A stretch of 64,000 bases of DNA from Acidimicrobiales bacterium (GCA_035525495.1 DATLED010000042.1:11038-75037); one strand, 5' to 3'. Positions 8,661 through 18,743 are shown, numbered from the stretch's first letter. Made by a program: numbers and translations. Notes: generated from the sequence alone by a model not told the origin.

Positions 8661-11600
8661 TCAGCGGCCGTCGAGCTCGTCGAGCACGCGGCGGACGCGC
8701 TCCTCGCTCACTCGGTAGGGCGTGCCGATCGTCTGGGCGAACAGTCCGACGCGGAGCTCCTCGAGCATCCACCGAGCCTCGTCGATGCCGGGGCCGCCGC
8801 CGAGGGCGGAGGCCGCCAGTCGAGCGAACCGCTGCTCCAGCGGATGGACCCGCGCCATCCACTCGCGGTCGCGGGCCGGTTCCTTCGGCAACCGGTCGAG
8901 ACGGTGCTCGATGGCGCGGAGGTAGCGCTCGACGTCGCCGAGCCGTCCCGCCCCCGTGCGGACGACGAAGCCCCGGTAGACGAGCCCGGCGAGCTGGCGA
9001 CGCATGTCGAGGCGGGCGTCGAGCAGGGCCCCCGCCCTCACCTCGTCGAGGCGACCGGCGATGCGCTTTCGAGCGGCGAGGATCCTGGCGACGTCGTGGG
9101 CCACGACCAACGAGCGGTCGACGACCTCGCCCCGCACGCCGTCCAGGAGCGCGGAGAAGCGCTCGGCGTCCCACACCGCGCCCCCGGATGCGGCGACGAG
9201 GTCATCGAGGGCGACGGCGATGCAGTCCTCGAGGAGATCGGCCAGCGACGCTTCCGGAGACGTCGCGAGGTCGAGCTTCGTCGACGTCCTCAGCAGACGC
9301 TGCATCGCCCCGAGCGGTGACGGCAGCCCGAGCAGCAGGAGTCGGCGCGTGCCCGCACGCATGGCCGCCGTCTGCTCGTCCTCGGTGCTGAACAGGCGGA
9401 CGGCGACGGATCGGCCTTCGTCGACGAGCGCAGGGAAGGCGCGCACGGGGTGTCCGGCGCGCTCGGCCTCGACCACCTGCGGCAGCGCGCCGATGGTCCA
9501 TGACGTCAGCCCGGTCCGTTCCAACGATCCGCCGACGGCGCGAGTGATGGCGCCGCGGAGGTGGCCGTGGAGGCGGAACTTCAGCTCGTCGAGGTCCTTC
9601 CCGAAGGCCACCCGGCGACCCCTCTCGTCCTCGATCCGGAAGTTGATGCGCAGATGATCCGGCACCCGATCGAGGTCCCAGTCGTCCGGTCGGACGAGCT
9701 CGCCGGTGCGAGCGCGGAGGTCGGCGGCGAGCGCCTCGGTGAGGTCGCCGTCCGAAGGGCCGTGCCGGGACAGGAACTCCCGCGTCGCGTCCGAGACGGG
9801 GACGAAGTGCCGGCGCAACGACTTCGGGAGCGAGCGGACGACCGCGGCCACGAGCTCCGCGCGGAGCCCCGGCACCTGCCAGTCGAACCCCGTCGCGTCG
9901 ACCTGGTTCAGCACGGCCAGCGGCACGTGGACCGTCACCCCGTCGAGGTCGGTGCCCGGAGCGAAGTCGTAGGTCACGTCGAGCTCGAGCCCGCCCTGAC
10001 GCCACAGGTCCGGGAACCCGTCCACCTCGACCGGCCCCGCACTCGGTTCGATGAGGAGGTCGACGGTGTAGTCGAGGAGGCCGGGATCGTCGGCGCGACG
10101 TCGCTTCCACCACACGTCGAAGTGCCGCGACGACACGACCTCCGCACCGACGCGTTCGTCGAAGAAGTCGAACAGGGTCGTGTCGTCCACGAGGATGTCG
10201 CGGCGACGGACGCGATCCTCGAGCCGGCGGACCTCGGCCACGAGCTCCCGGTTGCGGCGCACGAAGTCGTGGTGCGACTCCCAGTCGCCCTCGACGAGGG
10301 CGTGCCCGATGAAGAGGTGGCGCGACAGCGCCGGATCGATGCGCCCGTAGTCGACGGGCCGAGCCGCAACGATCGGGAGCCCGTGCAGCGTCACCCGCTC
10401 GCTCGCCACCACCGCCCCCCGTCGGGCGGACCACTGCGGCTCGCTGTAGCTGCGTTTGACGAGGTGCCCGCCGACGCGTTCGACCCACTGGGGCTGGATG
10501 CGGGCGACCGTGCGGGCCCAGAGGCGCGTCGTCTCGACGAGCTCGCCGGCCATGACCCAACGCGGTGGCTTCCTGGCCACCGTCGACCCCGGCGAGATGG
10601 CGAAGCGGGCGTTGTGCGCGCCCAGGAACTCGATGGGCCCGCGCTTGGGCGCCTCCTCGCTCTGCATGCCGATCTGCGAGAGGAGCCCGGCGAGCAGCGA
10701 CCGGTGGATCCCGTCACCGTCGAGCTCGTCGGTGTCGACGCGGCTCCCGAGGTGCCCGGTGATCTGGCGGACCTGGCTGTACACGTCCTGCCACTCGCGG
10801 ACGCGCAGGTGGTTGAGGAACTCGTTGCGACAGACGCGGCGGAACTGGTTCGACGACAGCTCCTGCTGCCGCTCCCGCAGGTACCGCCAGAGGTGCAGGT
10901 AGGAGAGGAAGTCCGAATCTGGATCGGCAAATCGGCGGTGGTGCTCGTCGGCCACCGGCTGCTTGCCGATCGGCCGCTCACGGGGATCCTGGATCGAGAG
11001 CGCAGCCGCGATGACCATGACCTCGCGGACGCAGCCGTTCGACTCCGCCTCGACGACCATCCGGGCGAGGCGGGGGTCGAGCGGGATGCCGGCGAGGCGG
11101 CGTCCCATCTTCGTCAGCCGACCGTCTTCGAGGGCGCCGAGCTCTTCGAGCAGCGCCACGCCGTCTTTCACGTTCCGAGCGTCAGGCGGGTCGACGAAAG
11201 GGAAGGAGGCGACATCGCCGAGGCCGATCGACGTCATCTGCAGGATGACCGACGCGAGGTTCGTGCGCAGGATCTCCGGCTCGGTGTACTCGGCCCGTGA
11301 AGCGAAGTCCTCCTCGCTGTAGAGCCGAACGCAGATCCCGGGCGCGACGCGCCCGCAGCGCCCGGCGCGTTGGTTGGCGGCGGCCTGTGACACGGCTTCG
11401 ATCGGAAGCCGCTGCACCTTCGTCCGGCGGCTGTACCGAGACACGCGCGCGGTGCCCGCGTCGACGACGTAGCGCACGCCAGGCACGGTCAACGAGGTCT
11501 CGGCGACGTTGGTCGCCAGCACGATCCGGCGGCCACGATGGGGAGCGAACACGCGGTGCTGCTCGGCCGCCGAAAGCCTCGCGTAGAGCGGGAGGACCTC

Positions 11601-12506
11601 GGTGTCTCGCAGCTTCAGCGCGGTGATCGCCTCGGCGGTGTCGCGGATCTCGCGTTCGCCGCTGAGGAAGACGAGGACGTCACCGGGGCCTTCGCGCGCC
11701 AGCTCGGTCACGGCGTCGCAGATGGCCTGCGTCTGGTCGCGGTCGCGGTCGTCGTCGTCGACGACCGGCCGGTACCGGAGCTCGACAGGGTACGTGCGGC
11801 CGGTCACCTCGACGATCGGCGCTCCGCCGAAGTGCTCGGCGAAGCGCTCGGTGTCGATCGTCGCCGACGTGACGATGACCTTGAGGTCGGGGCGCCGGGG
11901 AAGCAGCTGGCGGAGGTAGCCGAGGATGAAGTCGATGTTGAGGCTGCGCTCGTGGGCCTCGTCGACGATGAGCGTGTCGTAACGCAACAGCTCCCGGTCG
12001 CGCTGGAGCTCGTTGAGCAGGATGCCGTCGGTCATGACCTTCACGAGCGTCCGGTCGCCGCCGCGATCGGTGAAGCGGACGGTGTAGCCCACGACGTCAC
12101 CGATGGGGCCGCCGAGCTCCTCTGCCACGCGTTCGGCGACGGTTCGAGCGGCGAGGCGCCGGGGCTGGGTGTGGCCGATGACGCCCCGGACCCCGCGACC
12201 GAGCTCGAGGCAGATCTTCGGCAGCTGCGTGCTCTTCCCGGATCCGGTCTCGCCGGCGACGATGACGACCTGGTGGTCGTGGATCGTCGCGAGGATCTCG
12301 TCCTTTCGCTCGCTGACGGGCAGCGCCTCGGGGTACCGGATCTCGGGAACGGCGTCCCGGCGCCGGGCGACCCGCCGCTCCGCCTCCTCGATCTCCCCGA
12401 GGAGGCGCTCCACCGGGACGTCGCCCCGACGCAGCCGCGACGCCAGCCGCCGTTCGTCGCGAATGAGGAGGGCGGCGACGCGCTCCTCGAGATCGGTCGC
12501 CGTCAC
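8661..12506 (-). CDS. hrpA: ATP-dependent RNA helicase HrpA (DEAH-box)
   Basis: 1281 aa. Motifs: GETGSGKSTQLPK, IVDEAHERSLNIDF, SATID, TNVAETSLTVPG, QRAGRCGR. A long HrpA-type C-terminal region follows. Confidence 0.95.
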   Translation of the reverse strand: MTATDLEERVAALLIRDERRLASRLRRGDVPVERLLGEIEEAERRVARRRDAVPEIRYPEALPVSERKDEILATIHDHQVVIVAGETGSGKSTQLPKICLELGRGVRGVIGHTQPRRLAARTVAERVAEELGGPIGDVVGYTVRFTDRGGDRTLVKVMTDGILLNELQRDRELLRYDTLIVDEAHERSLNIDFILGYLRQLLPRRPDLKVIVTSATIDTERFAEHFGGAPIVEVTGRTYPVELRYRPVVDDDDRDRDQTQAICDAVTELAREGPGDVLVFLSGEREIRDTAEAITALKLRDTEVLPLYARLSAAEQHRVFAPHRGRRIVLATNVAETSLTVPGVRYVVDAGTARVSRYSRRTKVQRLPIEAVSQAAANQRAGRCGRVAPGICVRLYSEEDFASRAEYTEPEILRTNLASVILQMTSIGLGDVASFPFVDPPDARNVKDGVALLEELGALEDGRLTKMGRRLAGIPLDPRLARMVVEAESNGCVREVMVIAAALSIQDPRERPIGKQPVADEHHRRFADPDSDFLSYLHLWRYLRERQQELSSNQFRRVCRNEFLNHLRVREWQDVYSQVRQITGHLGSRVDTDELDGDGIHRSLLAGLLSQIGMQSEEAPKRGPIEFLGAHNARFAISPGSTVARKPPRWVMAGELVETTRLWARTVARIQPQWVERVGGHLVKRSYSEPQWSARRGAVVASERVTLHGLPIVAARPVDYGRIDPALSRHLFIGHALVEGDWESHHDFVRRNRELVAEVRRLEDRVRRRDILVDDTTLFDFFDERVGAEVVSSRHFDVWWKRRRADDPGLLDYTVDLLIEPSAGPVEVDGFPDLWRQGGLELDVTYDFAPGTDLDGVTVHVPLAVLNQVDATGFDWQVPGLRAELVAAVVRSLPKSLRRHFVPVSDATREFLSRHGPSDGDLTEALAADLRARTGELVRPDDWDLDRVPDHLRINFRIEDERGRRVAFGKDLDELKFRLHGHLRGAITRAVGGSLERTGLTSWTIGALPQVVEAERAGHPVRAFPALVDEGRSVAVRLFSTEDEQTAAMRAGTRRLLLLGLPSPLGAMQRLLRTSTKLDLATSPEASLADLLEDCIAVALDDLVAASGGAVWDAERFSALLDGVRGEVVDRSLVVAHDVARILAARKRIAGRLDEVRAGALLDARLDMRRQLAGLVYRGFVVRTGAGRLGDVERYLRAIEHRLDRLPKEPARDREWMARVHPLEQRFARLAASALGGGPGIDEARWMLEELRVGLFAQTIGTPYRVSEERVRRVLDELDGR

Positions 12507-12689
12507 GCCGACATCCTTGCTCCCGGGGTGGAGTCGCTGCTACGCCCCGTGTGGGCGTACGATGGCGGGGACGCCAGCCACACGCGCACCGTCCTCGTGG
12601 GAGCTCCGAGGAGCGGAAGCGCGGCACCGCCTGGGCTGGCCGGAGATCGGAGAACCGCCGTGGCCTCATCAGGAAGCACGTTCAGCAAG

Positions 12690-12932
12690 ATGCAGCGAGA
12701 GCGCGAGAAGAAGGAGCGCGCCGCCGCCAAGCGGGAGAAGCGCCAAGAGCGCACCCCTGCCTCGGAGGAGACCGACACCACCGCCGTGCTCACCGCCGCG
12801 GGCGACCTGTCCGCGGGCGACCTGGTCCGCCTGGTCGAGGCGATCCACAAGGAGTACGAGGACGGCACGATCGACCTCGACGAGTTCGAGGAGAAGAAGC
12901 AGGCCCTCCTCGCCCGGGTCCGCATCGACTGA
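12690..12932 (+). CDS. Small charged protein with a SHOCT-like C-terminal motif (80 aa)
   Basis: ATG at 12690 within track ORF 11538..12932. The product is MQREREKKERAAAKREKRQE...GTIDLDEFEEKKQALLARVRID, and the last ~25 aa resemble the SHOCT short C-terminal domain. Confidence 0.55.
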   Translation: MQREREKKERAAAKREKRQERTPASEETDTTAVLTAAGDLSAGDLVRLVEAIHKEYEDGTIDLDEFEEKKQALLARVRID

Positions 12933-12952
12933 GTGACGTACGGTCCGGGGTC

Positions 12953-14035
12953 ATGGCCTCGGATCTGGTGGTGAAGCGGGACGCCCTCCACGAGGTGCGC
13001 CTCGACGAGTTCGAGAGGCTCCCCCTCGAGGAGGGCGAGGCGCGTCTGCGGGTCGACCGCTTCGCGTTCACCGCCAACAACGTGACCTACGCCGTGTTCG
13101 GTGCGGCCATGCGCTACTGGGACTTCTTCCCCGCGTCCGAGCCGTCGCTCGGTCGGATCCCCGTCTGGGGGTTCGCCGACGTGGTCGAGTCGCACGCCCA
13201 GGGCGTGGAGGAGGGGGTGCGGGTCTACGGCTACCTGCCGATGTCGACCGACTTCGTCGTGCGTCCTGGTCGGGTGAACGAGCGGGGCTTCACCGACACG
13301 TTCGAGCACCGCCAACCGATGGCGGCGGCCTACAACGCGTACCTCGACGTCGGCACCGATCCGGTCTTCGACGCCGACCACGAGCCGGCGATGATGCTGC
13401 TGCGGCCCCTGTACTACACGGCCTTCCTCCTCGACGACTTCCTCGCCGACAACGGATACTTCGGTGCGACGTCCGTCGTGCTGTCGAGCGCCTCGAGCAA
13501 GACGGCGCTCGGAACGGCGTACTTCCTCTCGCAGCGCGAGGACATCGAGATCGTCGGACTGACGTCGCCGGGGAACGCGGCGTTCGTCGAGGGCCTCGGC
13601 GTGTACTCGTCCGTCGTGACCTACGACGCCGCCGACGACCTCCCGCTGCAGCCGTGCGTCTTCGTCGACATCGCGGGCGACGCCGCCGTGCGGACCGCGG
13701 TGCACCGACGCTTCGGCGGTCAGCTCGTGCACAGCTCGGCCGTTGGCGGTACGCACTGGCAGGCGGCGCCCCCCACAACCGATGGAACGCTGCCTGGTGC
13801 CGCCCCGTCGTTCTTCTTCGCGCCGGACCAGGCGAGGAAGCGGGCGGGGGACTGGGGTTCGGCGCAGCTCGACGCCGCCTTCGTCAAGCTGTGGCACCGC
13901 GCCGTTGGGTGGTCCGAGGGATGGCTCGACGTGCGCGAGGCGAGGGGTGCGGACGCGGTGCGCTCGGCCTATCTCGAGGTGCTCGAAGGTCACAGCTCGC
14001 CGTCGGTCGGGCACGTGCTCTCCCTCCACGACTGA
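12953..14035 (+). CDS. DUF2855-family protein (MDR/oxidoreductase-like fold)
   Basis: ATG at 12953 within track ORF 12551..14035. The 360-aa product contains FAFTANNVTYAVFG, YWDFFP, WGFADVVES and VVLSSASSKTALG, as seen in DUF2855 proteins. Confidence 0.75.
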   Translation: MASDLVVKRDALHEVRLDEFERLPLEEGEARLRVDRFAFTANNVTYAVFGAAMRYWDFFPASEPSLGRIPVWGFADVVESHAQGVEEGVRVYGYLPMSTDFVVRPGRVNERGFTDTFEHRQPMAAAYNAYLDVGTDPVFDADHEPAMMLLRPLYYTAFLLDDFLADNGYFGATSVVLSSASSKTALGTAYFLSQREDIEIVGLTSPGNAAFVEGLGVYSSVVTYDAADDLPLQPCVFVDIAGDAAVRTAVHRRFGGQLVHSSAVGGTHWQAAPPTTDGTLPGAAPSFFFAPDQARKRAGDWGSAQLDAAFVKLWHRAVGWSEGWLDVREARGADAVRSAYLEVLEGHSSPSVGHVLSLHD

Positions 14036-14094
14036 GGCGGCCCACCAAGCGACCGCCCTCCGCGTCGGCTGTCGCAGCGCGTAGCGTCCGGCGG

Positions 14095-15015
14095 ATGACC
14101 GACGACGCCCCGACCGCCCCGCTCGCCCTCGCACCGGTCGGGATCTGGACCGGCGCGCTCGACGTCGTGCCGGCGTCGCAATCGCGCGAGCTGGCGTCGG
14201 AGCTGGAGGAGCTCGGCTACGGCGCCGTGTGGCTCCCCGAGGTCGCAGGGCGTGACGTGTTCGTGCACATGGCACTGATCCTGGCGTCGACGTCGAGGCT
14301 CGTCGCCGCGACCGGCATCGCCAACATCTGGGCCCGCGATGCGGTGACCATGACCGGTGCCGCCAAGGGTCTCGCCGAGGCCTTCCCGGAGCGAGCGCTG
14401 ATCGGTCTCGGCGTGAGCCACCAGAACCTCGTGGAGGGGCTGCGTGGACACCACTACGACAAGCCGCTGGCGGCGATGCGGACGTACCTCGAGAAGATGG
14501 ATGCGTCGCCTTACATCGCCATGCGACCCAAGACGCCGATGCGGCGCGTGTTGGCGGCGCTCGGACCGAAGATGCTGGAACTCGCGGCCGAGAAGACCGA
14601 CGGCGCCCATCCCTACTTCGTTCCTCCCGAGCACACCGCCATCGCCCGCTCGACGATGGGCGAGGTCGGTCTGCTGTGCCCCGAGCAGGCGGTGCTCCTC
14701 GAGACCGATCCGGTGCGGGCCCGCGAGATCGGGCGGAAGCACACGCAGGTGTACGTGGCGCAACCCAACTACGTGAACAACCTCCGGCGGCTCGGATTCG
14801 GCGACGAGGACATCGCCAACGGTGGCAGCGACCGCTTGGTCGACGCCATCGTGGCGTGGGGATCGGTCGATGACATCGTGGCTCGCGTCCAGGCCCACTT
14901 CGACGCGGGAGCCGACCATGTGAGCGTGCAGGCCCTTTCGGACACCATGCGCGAGGTCCCGTCGGCGCAGTGGCGCGAGCTGGCTCCGGCCCTGACGGGG
15001 CTCGGCCGCCGCTGA
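14095..15015 (+). CDS. LLM-class (luciferase-like) F420-dependent oxidoreductase
   Basis: ATG at 14095 within track ORF 13654..15015. Contains GIWTGALD...ELEELGYGAVWLPE, GIANIWARD, GLGVSH and GADHVSVQAL, typical of the TIGR03620-like LLM subfamily. Confidence 0.8.
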   Translation: MTDDAPTAPLALAPVGIWTGALDVVPASQSRELASELEELGYGAVWLPEVAGRDVFVHMALILASTSRLVAATGIANIWARDAVTMTGAAKGLAEAFPERALIGLGVSHQNLVEGLRGHHYDKPLAAMRTYLEKMDASPYIAMRPKTPMRRVLAALGPKMLELAAEKTDGAHPYFVPPEHTAIARSTMGEVGLLCPEQAVLLETDPVRAREIGRKHTQVYVAQPNYVNNLRRLGFGDEDIANGGSDRLVDAIVAWGSVDDIVARVQAHFDAGADHVSVQALSDTMREVPSAQWRELAPALTGLGRR

Positions 15016-17057
15016 TGCCACCCGCGCCCAGTCCCCTCGCCGGCGTGCGGGTCGTCGACGCGTCGACGGGTCTCGCCGGGCCACTCGTCGGACGGTTTCT
15101 CGCCGACCTCGGAGCCGAAGTCGCGCTCGTCGGCGCCGGAAGCGGGTCGATGGTGTGGGACCGGGGCAAGGAGAGGGTCGAGGACCGAAAGCTCTTCTCG
15201 GCGCTCGCCGCCGCCGACGTCTGCATCGTCAGCGAGCCCCCATCGACGTTGGCGGGATCATCCCTGGCTGCGGAGCCGGCGTGCGCCGCCAACCCCCGCC
15301 TGGTGCACGTGTCGACGCTGCCGTTCCTCGAGGGGGATGCGCCCTGGGCCGGGGGCGGCGAAGCCGATCCCTTGTTGGCGGCGTGGGCGGGCACGTCGTT
15401 GCGTCAGGCGTCGGTCGAGGACGTGCCCGTCGAATCGATCTACCCGCACCTCACGACCGTCCAAGGCGTGTGGGCGACCGCATGCGCGGTCGCCGCCCTC
15501 GTCGAGCGGGAGTCGTCCGGCCTCGGACAGGCGGTCATCGTCGGTGGGATGCACGGCGCCCTCGTCGCGTCGGGTGCCGCCTTCAACTTCGACCCGACCG
15601 CGCCCGACCCCGCGCCGGGGCCGCGTCCCGGCGGGAGCGGCGGCGCCGTTCCCTTCTATCGGACGTACCAGTGCGGCGACGGCGAGTGGTTGTTCCTCGC
15701 CGCGCTCACCCCTCGCTTCACCGACCTCGCGTTCGGCGTGCTCGGCCTGAGCGGCCTGCTCGACGATCCCCGCCTCGATGGCAAGGGTCGAGCGGCCGTC
15801 CTGCTCCCCGAGCACTCCCGCTGGGCGATCGACACCATCGCCGCCGTGTTCCGGACGCGGCCCCGCGCGGATTGGCTCGACGCGCTGGCTTCGGCCGGGT
15901 GCCCTGCCGGGCCGCTGCTCGAGCGCGGCGACTGGCTCGACCACCCGCAGCTCGCCGCCATCGGCATGCGCGTCGAGGAGGACGGTCGCATCTTCGCCGG
16001 CAACCCGATCCGCCTGACCGAGGCGCGGGCGGGGGCGACACCGCAACCGGTGCGCGGCGGCGGCAACGGTCCGCTCGACGGCGTGCGGGTGCTCGACCTC
16101 GGCGCCATCATCGCCGGGCCGTACGGCGCGTCCTTGCTGGGCGAGCTCGGCGCCGACGTCGTCAAGGTCGAGCCGCCGAGCGGCGACTCCTTTCGTGGCC
16201 CGGGCTTCGCCGCCTACAACAAAGGGCAGCGCGGCATCGTCCTCGACCTCCAGTCGGAGGCGGGACGGAGCACTTTTCTGCGCCTCGTCGAGACCGCCGA
16301 TGTCGTCATCGACAACTACCGGCCGGGCGTCCTGGGCCGGTTGCGGCTCCGCTACGAGGACCTCGTCGCGGCCAACCCATCGATCATCACGCTGTCGGTG
16401 ACGGGCTTCGGCGAAGGCGGCCCGCTCGGCGACGAACCCGGGTTCGACCCGGTGCTGCAGGCGATGAGCGGAATGATGACGGCGCAGGGCGGCGACAACG
16501 ATCCCGTCTTCTTCACCGTCCCGGTCAACGACGTCACCACCGCGGCTGCGAGCGCGGCGGCCGTGTGCCTCGCCCTGTTCCATCGGTGTCGCGCGGGCGG
16601 TGGCCAGCGGACGTGGACGTCGCTCGCCGGGATGTCGGCGCTCCTCCAAGCCGAGCAGCTCGCCCGCGAAGACGGGCGGTCCGATGCGCCCCGCGGCGGC
16701 ACCGACCACGCCGGGCCCTCCGACGACGACCGGTACCACGCCGTTGCGGACGGCTGGATTCGCGTCCGCGGCCGTGTCGCCGACCCGTCGTGGCTCGTCC
16801 GCACGCGCGACGACGTCGTTTCCGAGCTCACCGCACAGGGTGTAGCCGCCGCGCCTGCCCGCAGGCCAAAGGAGCTCGCCGACCTCCTCGTCGCCGCCGA
16901 CGCGCTGCACGCCGACACCCGCCCGGGGCGCGAGCACTGGTGGACGGTCGGCCGCATCGCGTGCTTCTCCCGCACCCAGCGCGCCGACACGCTCGTCGCA
17001 CCGACGCTCGGACAGCACACCGACGAGGTGCTCCGGGAGGCGGGGATCACCGCGTGA
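15015..17057 (+). CDS. Tandem (duplicated) family III CoA-transferase (CaiB/BaiF-type) fusion protein
   Basis: The ATG at 15015 overlaps the upstream stop (ATGA). There are two N-terminal CoA-transferase III signatures: GVRVVDASTGLAGPLVGRFLADLGAEV, and about 350 aa later GVRVLDLGAIIAGPYGASLLGELGADVVKVEPPSGDSFRG. Confidence 0.85.
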   Translation: MPPAPSPLAGVRVVDASTGLAGPLVGRFLADLGAEVALVGAGSGSMVWDRGKERVEDRKLFSALAAADVCIVSEPPSTLAGSSLAAEPACAANPRLVHVSTLPFLEGDAPWAGGGEADPLLAAWAGTSLRQASVEDVPVESIYPHLTTVQGVWATACAVAALVERESSGLGQAVIVGGMHGALVASGAAFNFDPTAPDPAPGPRPGGSGGAVPFYRTYQCGDGEWLFLAALTPRFTDLAFGVLGLSGLLDDPRLDGKGRAAVLLPEHSRWAIDTIAAVFRTRPRADWLDALASAGCPAGPLLERGDWLDHPQLAAIGMRVEEDGRIFAGNPIRLTEARAGATPQPVRGGGNGPLDGVRVLDLGAIIAGPYGASLLGELGADVVKVEPPSGDSFRGPGFAAYNKGQRGIVLDLQSEAGRSTFLRLVETADVVIDNYRPGVLGRLRLRYEDLVAANPSIITLSVTGFGEGGPLGDEPGFDPVLQAMSGMMTAQGGDNDPVFFTVPVNDVTTAAASAAAVCLALFHRCRAGGGQRTWTSLAGMSALLQAEQLAREDGRSDAPRGGTDHAGPSDDDRYHAVADGWIRVRGRVADPSWLVRTRDDVVSELTAQGVAAAPARRPKELADLLVAADALHADTRPGREHWWTVGRIACFSRTQRADTLVAPTLGQHTDEVLREAGITA

Positions 17058-17154
17058 CGATCGAGCCCAGGGTCGCCGTACTCAGCGACCTCGGCCCCTG
17101 CGGCGTGCGCCGGCAGTGCGTCGCTTGGTTCGCGGCCCGTTAGGGTCATCCGCC

Positions 17155-18339
17155 ATGTCGATCAGAGGCAAGGCGTACATCGCCGGCATCTACGAGCACC
17201 CGCGCCGGGACATCCCCGATCGAACGCTCACCCAGATCCACGCCGAGCTGGCGCTCGGGGCGTGCGCCGACGCCGGCATCTCCCTCCACGACGTCGACGC
17301 CGTGTTCACGGATTCGACGGTCCCGGGCATGGGATCGCTGAGCCTCGTCGAGTACCTCGGGCTGAAGACGACCTACCTCGACAACACCGAGACCGGCGGC
17401 AGCTCCTACGTCGGCCACGTCGGCCACGCCGCTGCCGCCATCGCCGCCGGCAAGTGCTCCATCGCCCTGTGCACCCTCGCCGGGAAGCCCCGCAACCCGT
17501 CCCGCGGGGGAGGGATGCGCGGAGCAGGAGGCGGAGGTCAGGACGCGCAGCCAGAGGGCAGCTTCGAGCAACTGTGGGGCCTCGCCGGCGCGCCCTACAT
17601 GTACGCCCTCAACGCCACCCGCCACATGTACGAGTTCGGCACCACGAGCGAGCAGCTGGCCGAGATCAAGGTGGCGGCGAGCATCCACGCGCAGCACAAC
17701 CCCCACGCCTTCCTGCGGGAGGTCGTCACCGTCGAAGAGGTCCTCGCCAGTCCGATGATCAGCGATCCGCTGCATCGCATGGACTGCTGCGTCATCACCG
17801 ACGGCGGCGGCGCCTGCATCGTGGTCAGTCCCGAGGTGATGCGCACGCTCGATCGTCCGAAGGTGAAGATCCTCGGCCACGGCGAGGCGCCCAAGCACAC
17901 GGACAACGGGCGGGTCGACCTCACGTACACCGGTGCGGTGTGGTCGGGTCCGCGGGCCTTCGAGGAGGCCGGCGTGACGACCAAGGACGTCGACTACGCC
18001 TCCATCTACGACAGCTTCACCATCACCGTCCTCGAGACGATCGAAGACCTCGGCTTCTGTGAGAAGGGAAAGGGAGGCGAGTTCGTCCTCGACGGGGCCC
18101 TCGTGGCGCCGCACGGCAAGCTCCCCTTCAACACCGACGGCGGCGGGCTCTGCAACAACCACCCCGCGAACCGCGGAGGCATGACCAAGGTCCTCGAGGC
18201 GGTCCGGCAGGTCCGCGGCGAAGCCCACCCGGCCGTGCAGGTCCCGGATGTCCAGGTCGCCCTCGCCCATGGCACCGGGGGATCACTGGCCACCCGAATG
18301 GGCAGCGCCACCCTCATCCTCGGACAGGAGGACGCCTGA
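17155..18339 (+). CDS. Thiolase-fold protein of the SCP-x / lipid-transfer (Ltp) type
   Basis: MSIRGKAYIAGIYEHP..., DCCVITDGGGACIV, and C-terminal NTDGGGLCNNHP...HGTGG. This is the typical non-acetoacetyl SCP-x thiolase that pairs with DUF35. Confidence 0.9.
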   Translation: MSIRGKAYIAGIYEHPRRDIPDRTLTQIHAELALGACADAGISLHDVDAVFTDSTVPGMGSLSLVEYLGLKTTYLDNTETGGSSYVGHVGHAAAAIAAGKCSIALCTLAGKPRNPSRGGGMRGAGGGGQDAQPEGSFEQLWGLAGAPYMYALNATRHMYEFGTTSEQLAEIKVAASIHAQHNPHAFLREVVTVEEVLASPMISDPLHRMDCCVITDGGGACIVVSPEVMRTLDRPKVKILGHGEAPKHTDNGRVDLTYTGAVWSGPRAFEEAGVTTKDVDYASIYDSFTITVLETIEDLGFCEKGKGGEFVLDGALVAPHGKLPFNTDGGGLCNNHPANRGGMTKVLEAVRQVRGEAHPAVQVPDVQVALAHGTGGSLATRMGSATLILGQEDA

Positions 18340-18743
18340 TGCCCGAGCTTCCGATTCCGGTACCCGCTCCGAACTTCGACACCCAGGAGTTCTGGGACGC
18401 CACTGCCGAGGGTCGCTTCCTGTTGAAGCGATGCGACGACTGCGGCGTCGTCATCTGGTACCCGCGCTTCCTGTGCCCCGACTGCTCGTCCACGAGCACG
18501 TCCTGGTTCGAGGCGACAGGCAAGGGGACCGTGTACTCCTTCACCGTGCCCCGCCGCGGCAACGGTGCCTACCGCGAGGCCGCGCCGTTCATCGTCGCCT
18601 ACGTCGAGCTCGAGGAGGGACCGCGCATCCTCACCAACCTCGTCGACGTCGCGCCCGAGTCGGTCGCCGTCGGCCTGGCCGTCGAGGTCGTCTGGCACGA
18701 CACCGGCGAGGGCAACGCGCTGTACCGCTTCCGTCCCGTCTGA
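18339..18743 (+). CDS. Zn-ribbon/OB-fold protein (DUF35 family), partner of the thiolase
   Basis: The start overlaps the thiolase stop (TGATG). Rubredoxin-like CDDCGVVIWYPRFLCPDCSS is followed by an OB-fold segment (GTVYSFTV...AYVELEEGPRILTNL). Confidence 0.85.
   Translation: MPELPIPVPAPNFDTQEFWDATAEGRFLLKRCDDCGVVIWYPRFLCPDCSSTSTSWFEATGKGTVYSFTVPRRGNGAYREAAPFIVAYVELEEGPRILTNLVDVAPESVAVGLAVEVVWHDTGEGNALYRFRPV

Noticed and set aside
8120-9391. 423-aa plus-strand ORF starting near the HNH remnant and running antisense into hrpA
   Set aside because: It is Arg/Pro-rich with no motifs. The HNH motif is in the neighbouring frame (8122..8634), and hrpA occupies the minus strand.
12507-12689. Possible riboswitch or sRNA in the 183-nt hrpA/SHOCT intergenic region
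   Set aside because: Only short, weak hairpins are present (for example GGCGT...ACGCC). I recognised no known riboswitch core by eye. This needs a covariance-model scan before any claim.
12503-15394. 963-aa minus-strand ORF antisense to the DUF2855, LLM and CoA-transferase genes
   Set aside because: It is Arg/Pro/Ser-rich and has no domain signatures, whereas the plus-strand genes carry clear family motifs.
15155-17143. 662-aa plus-strand ORF and 586-aa minus-strand ORF (15258..17018) overlapping the CoA-transferase gene
   Set aside because: They are Arg-rich shadow frames. The 15015..17057 frame carries both CaiB signatures.
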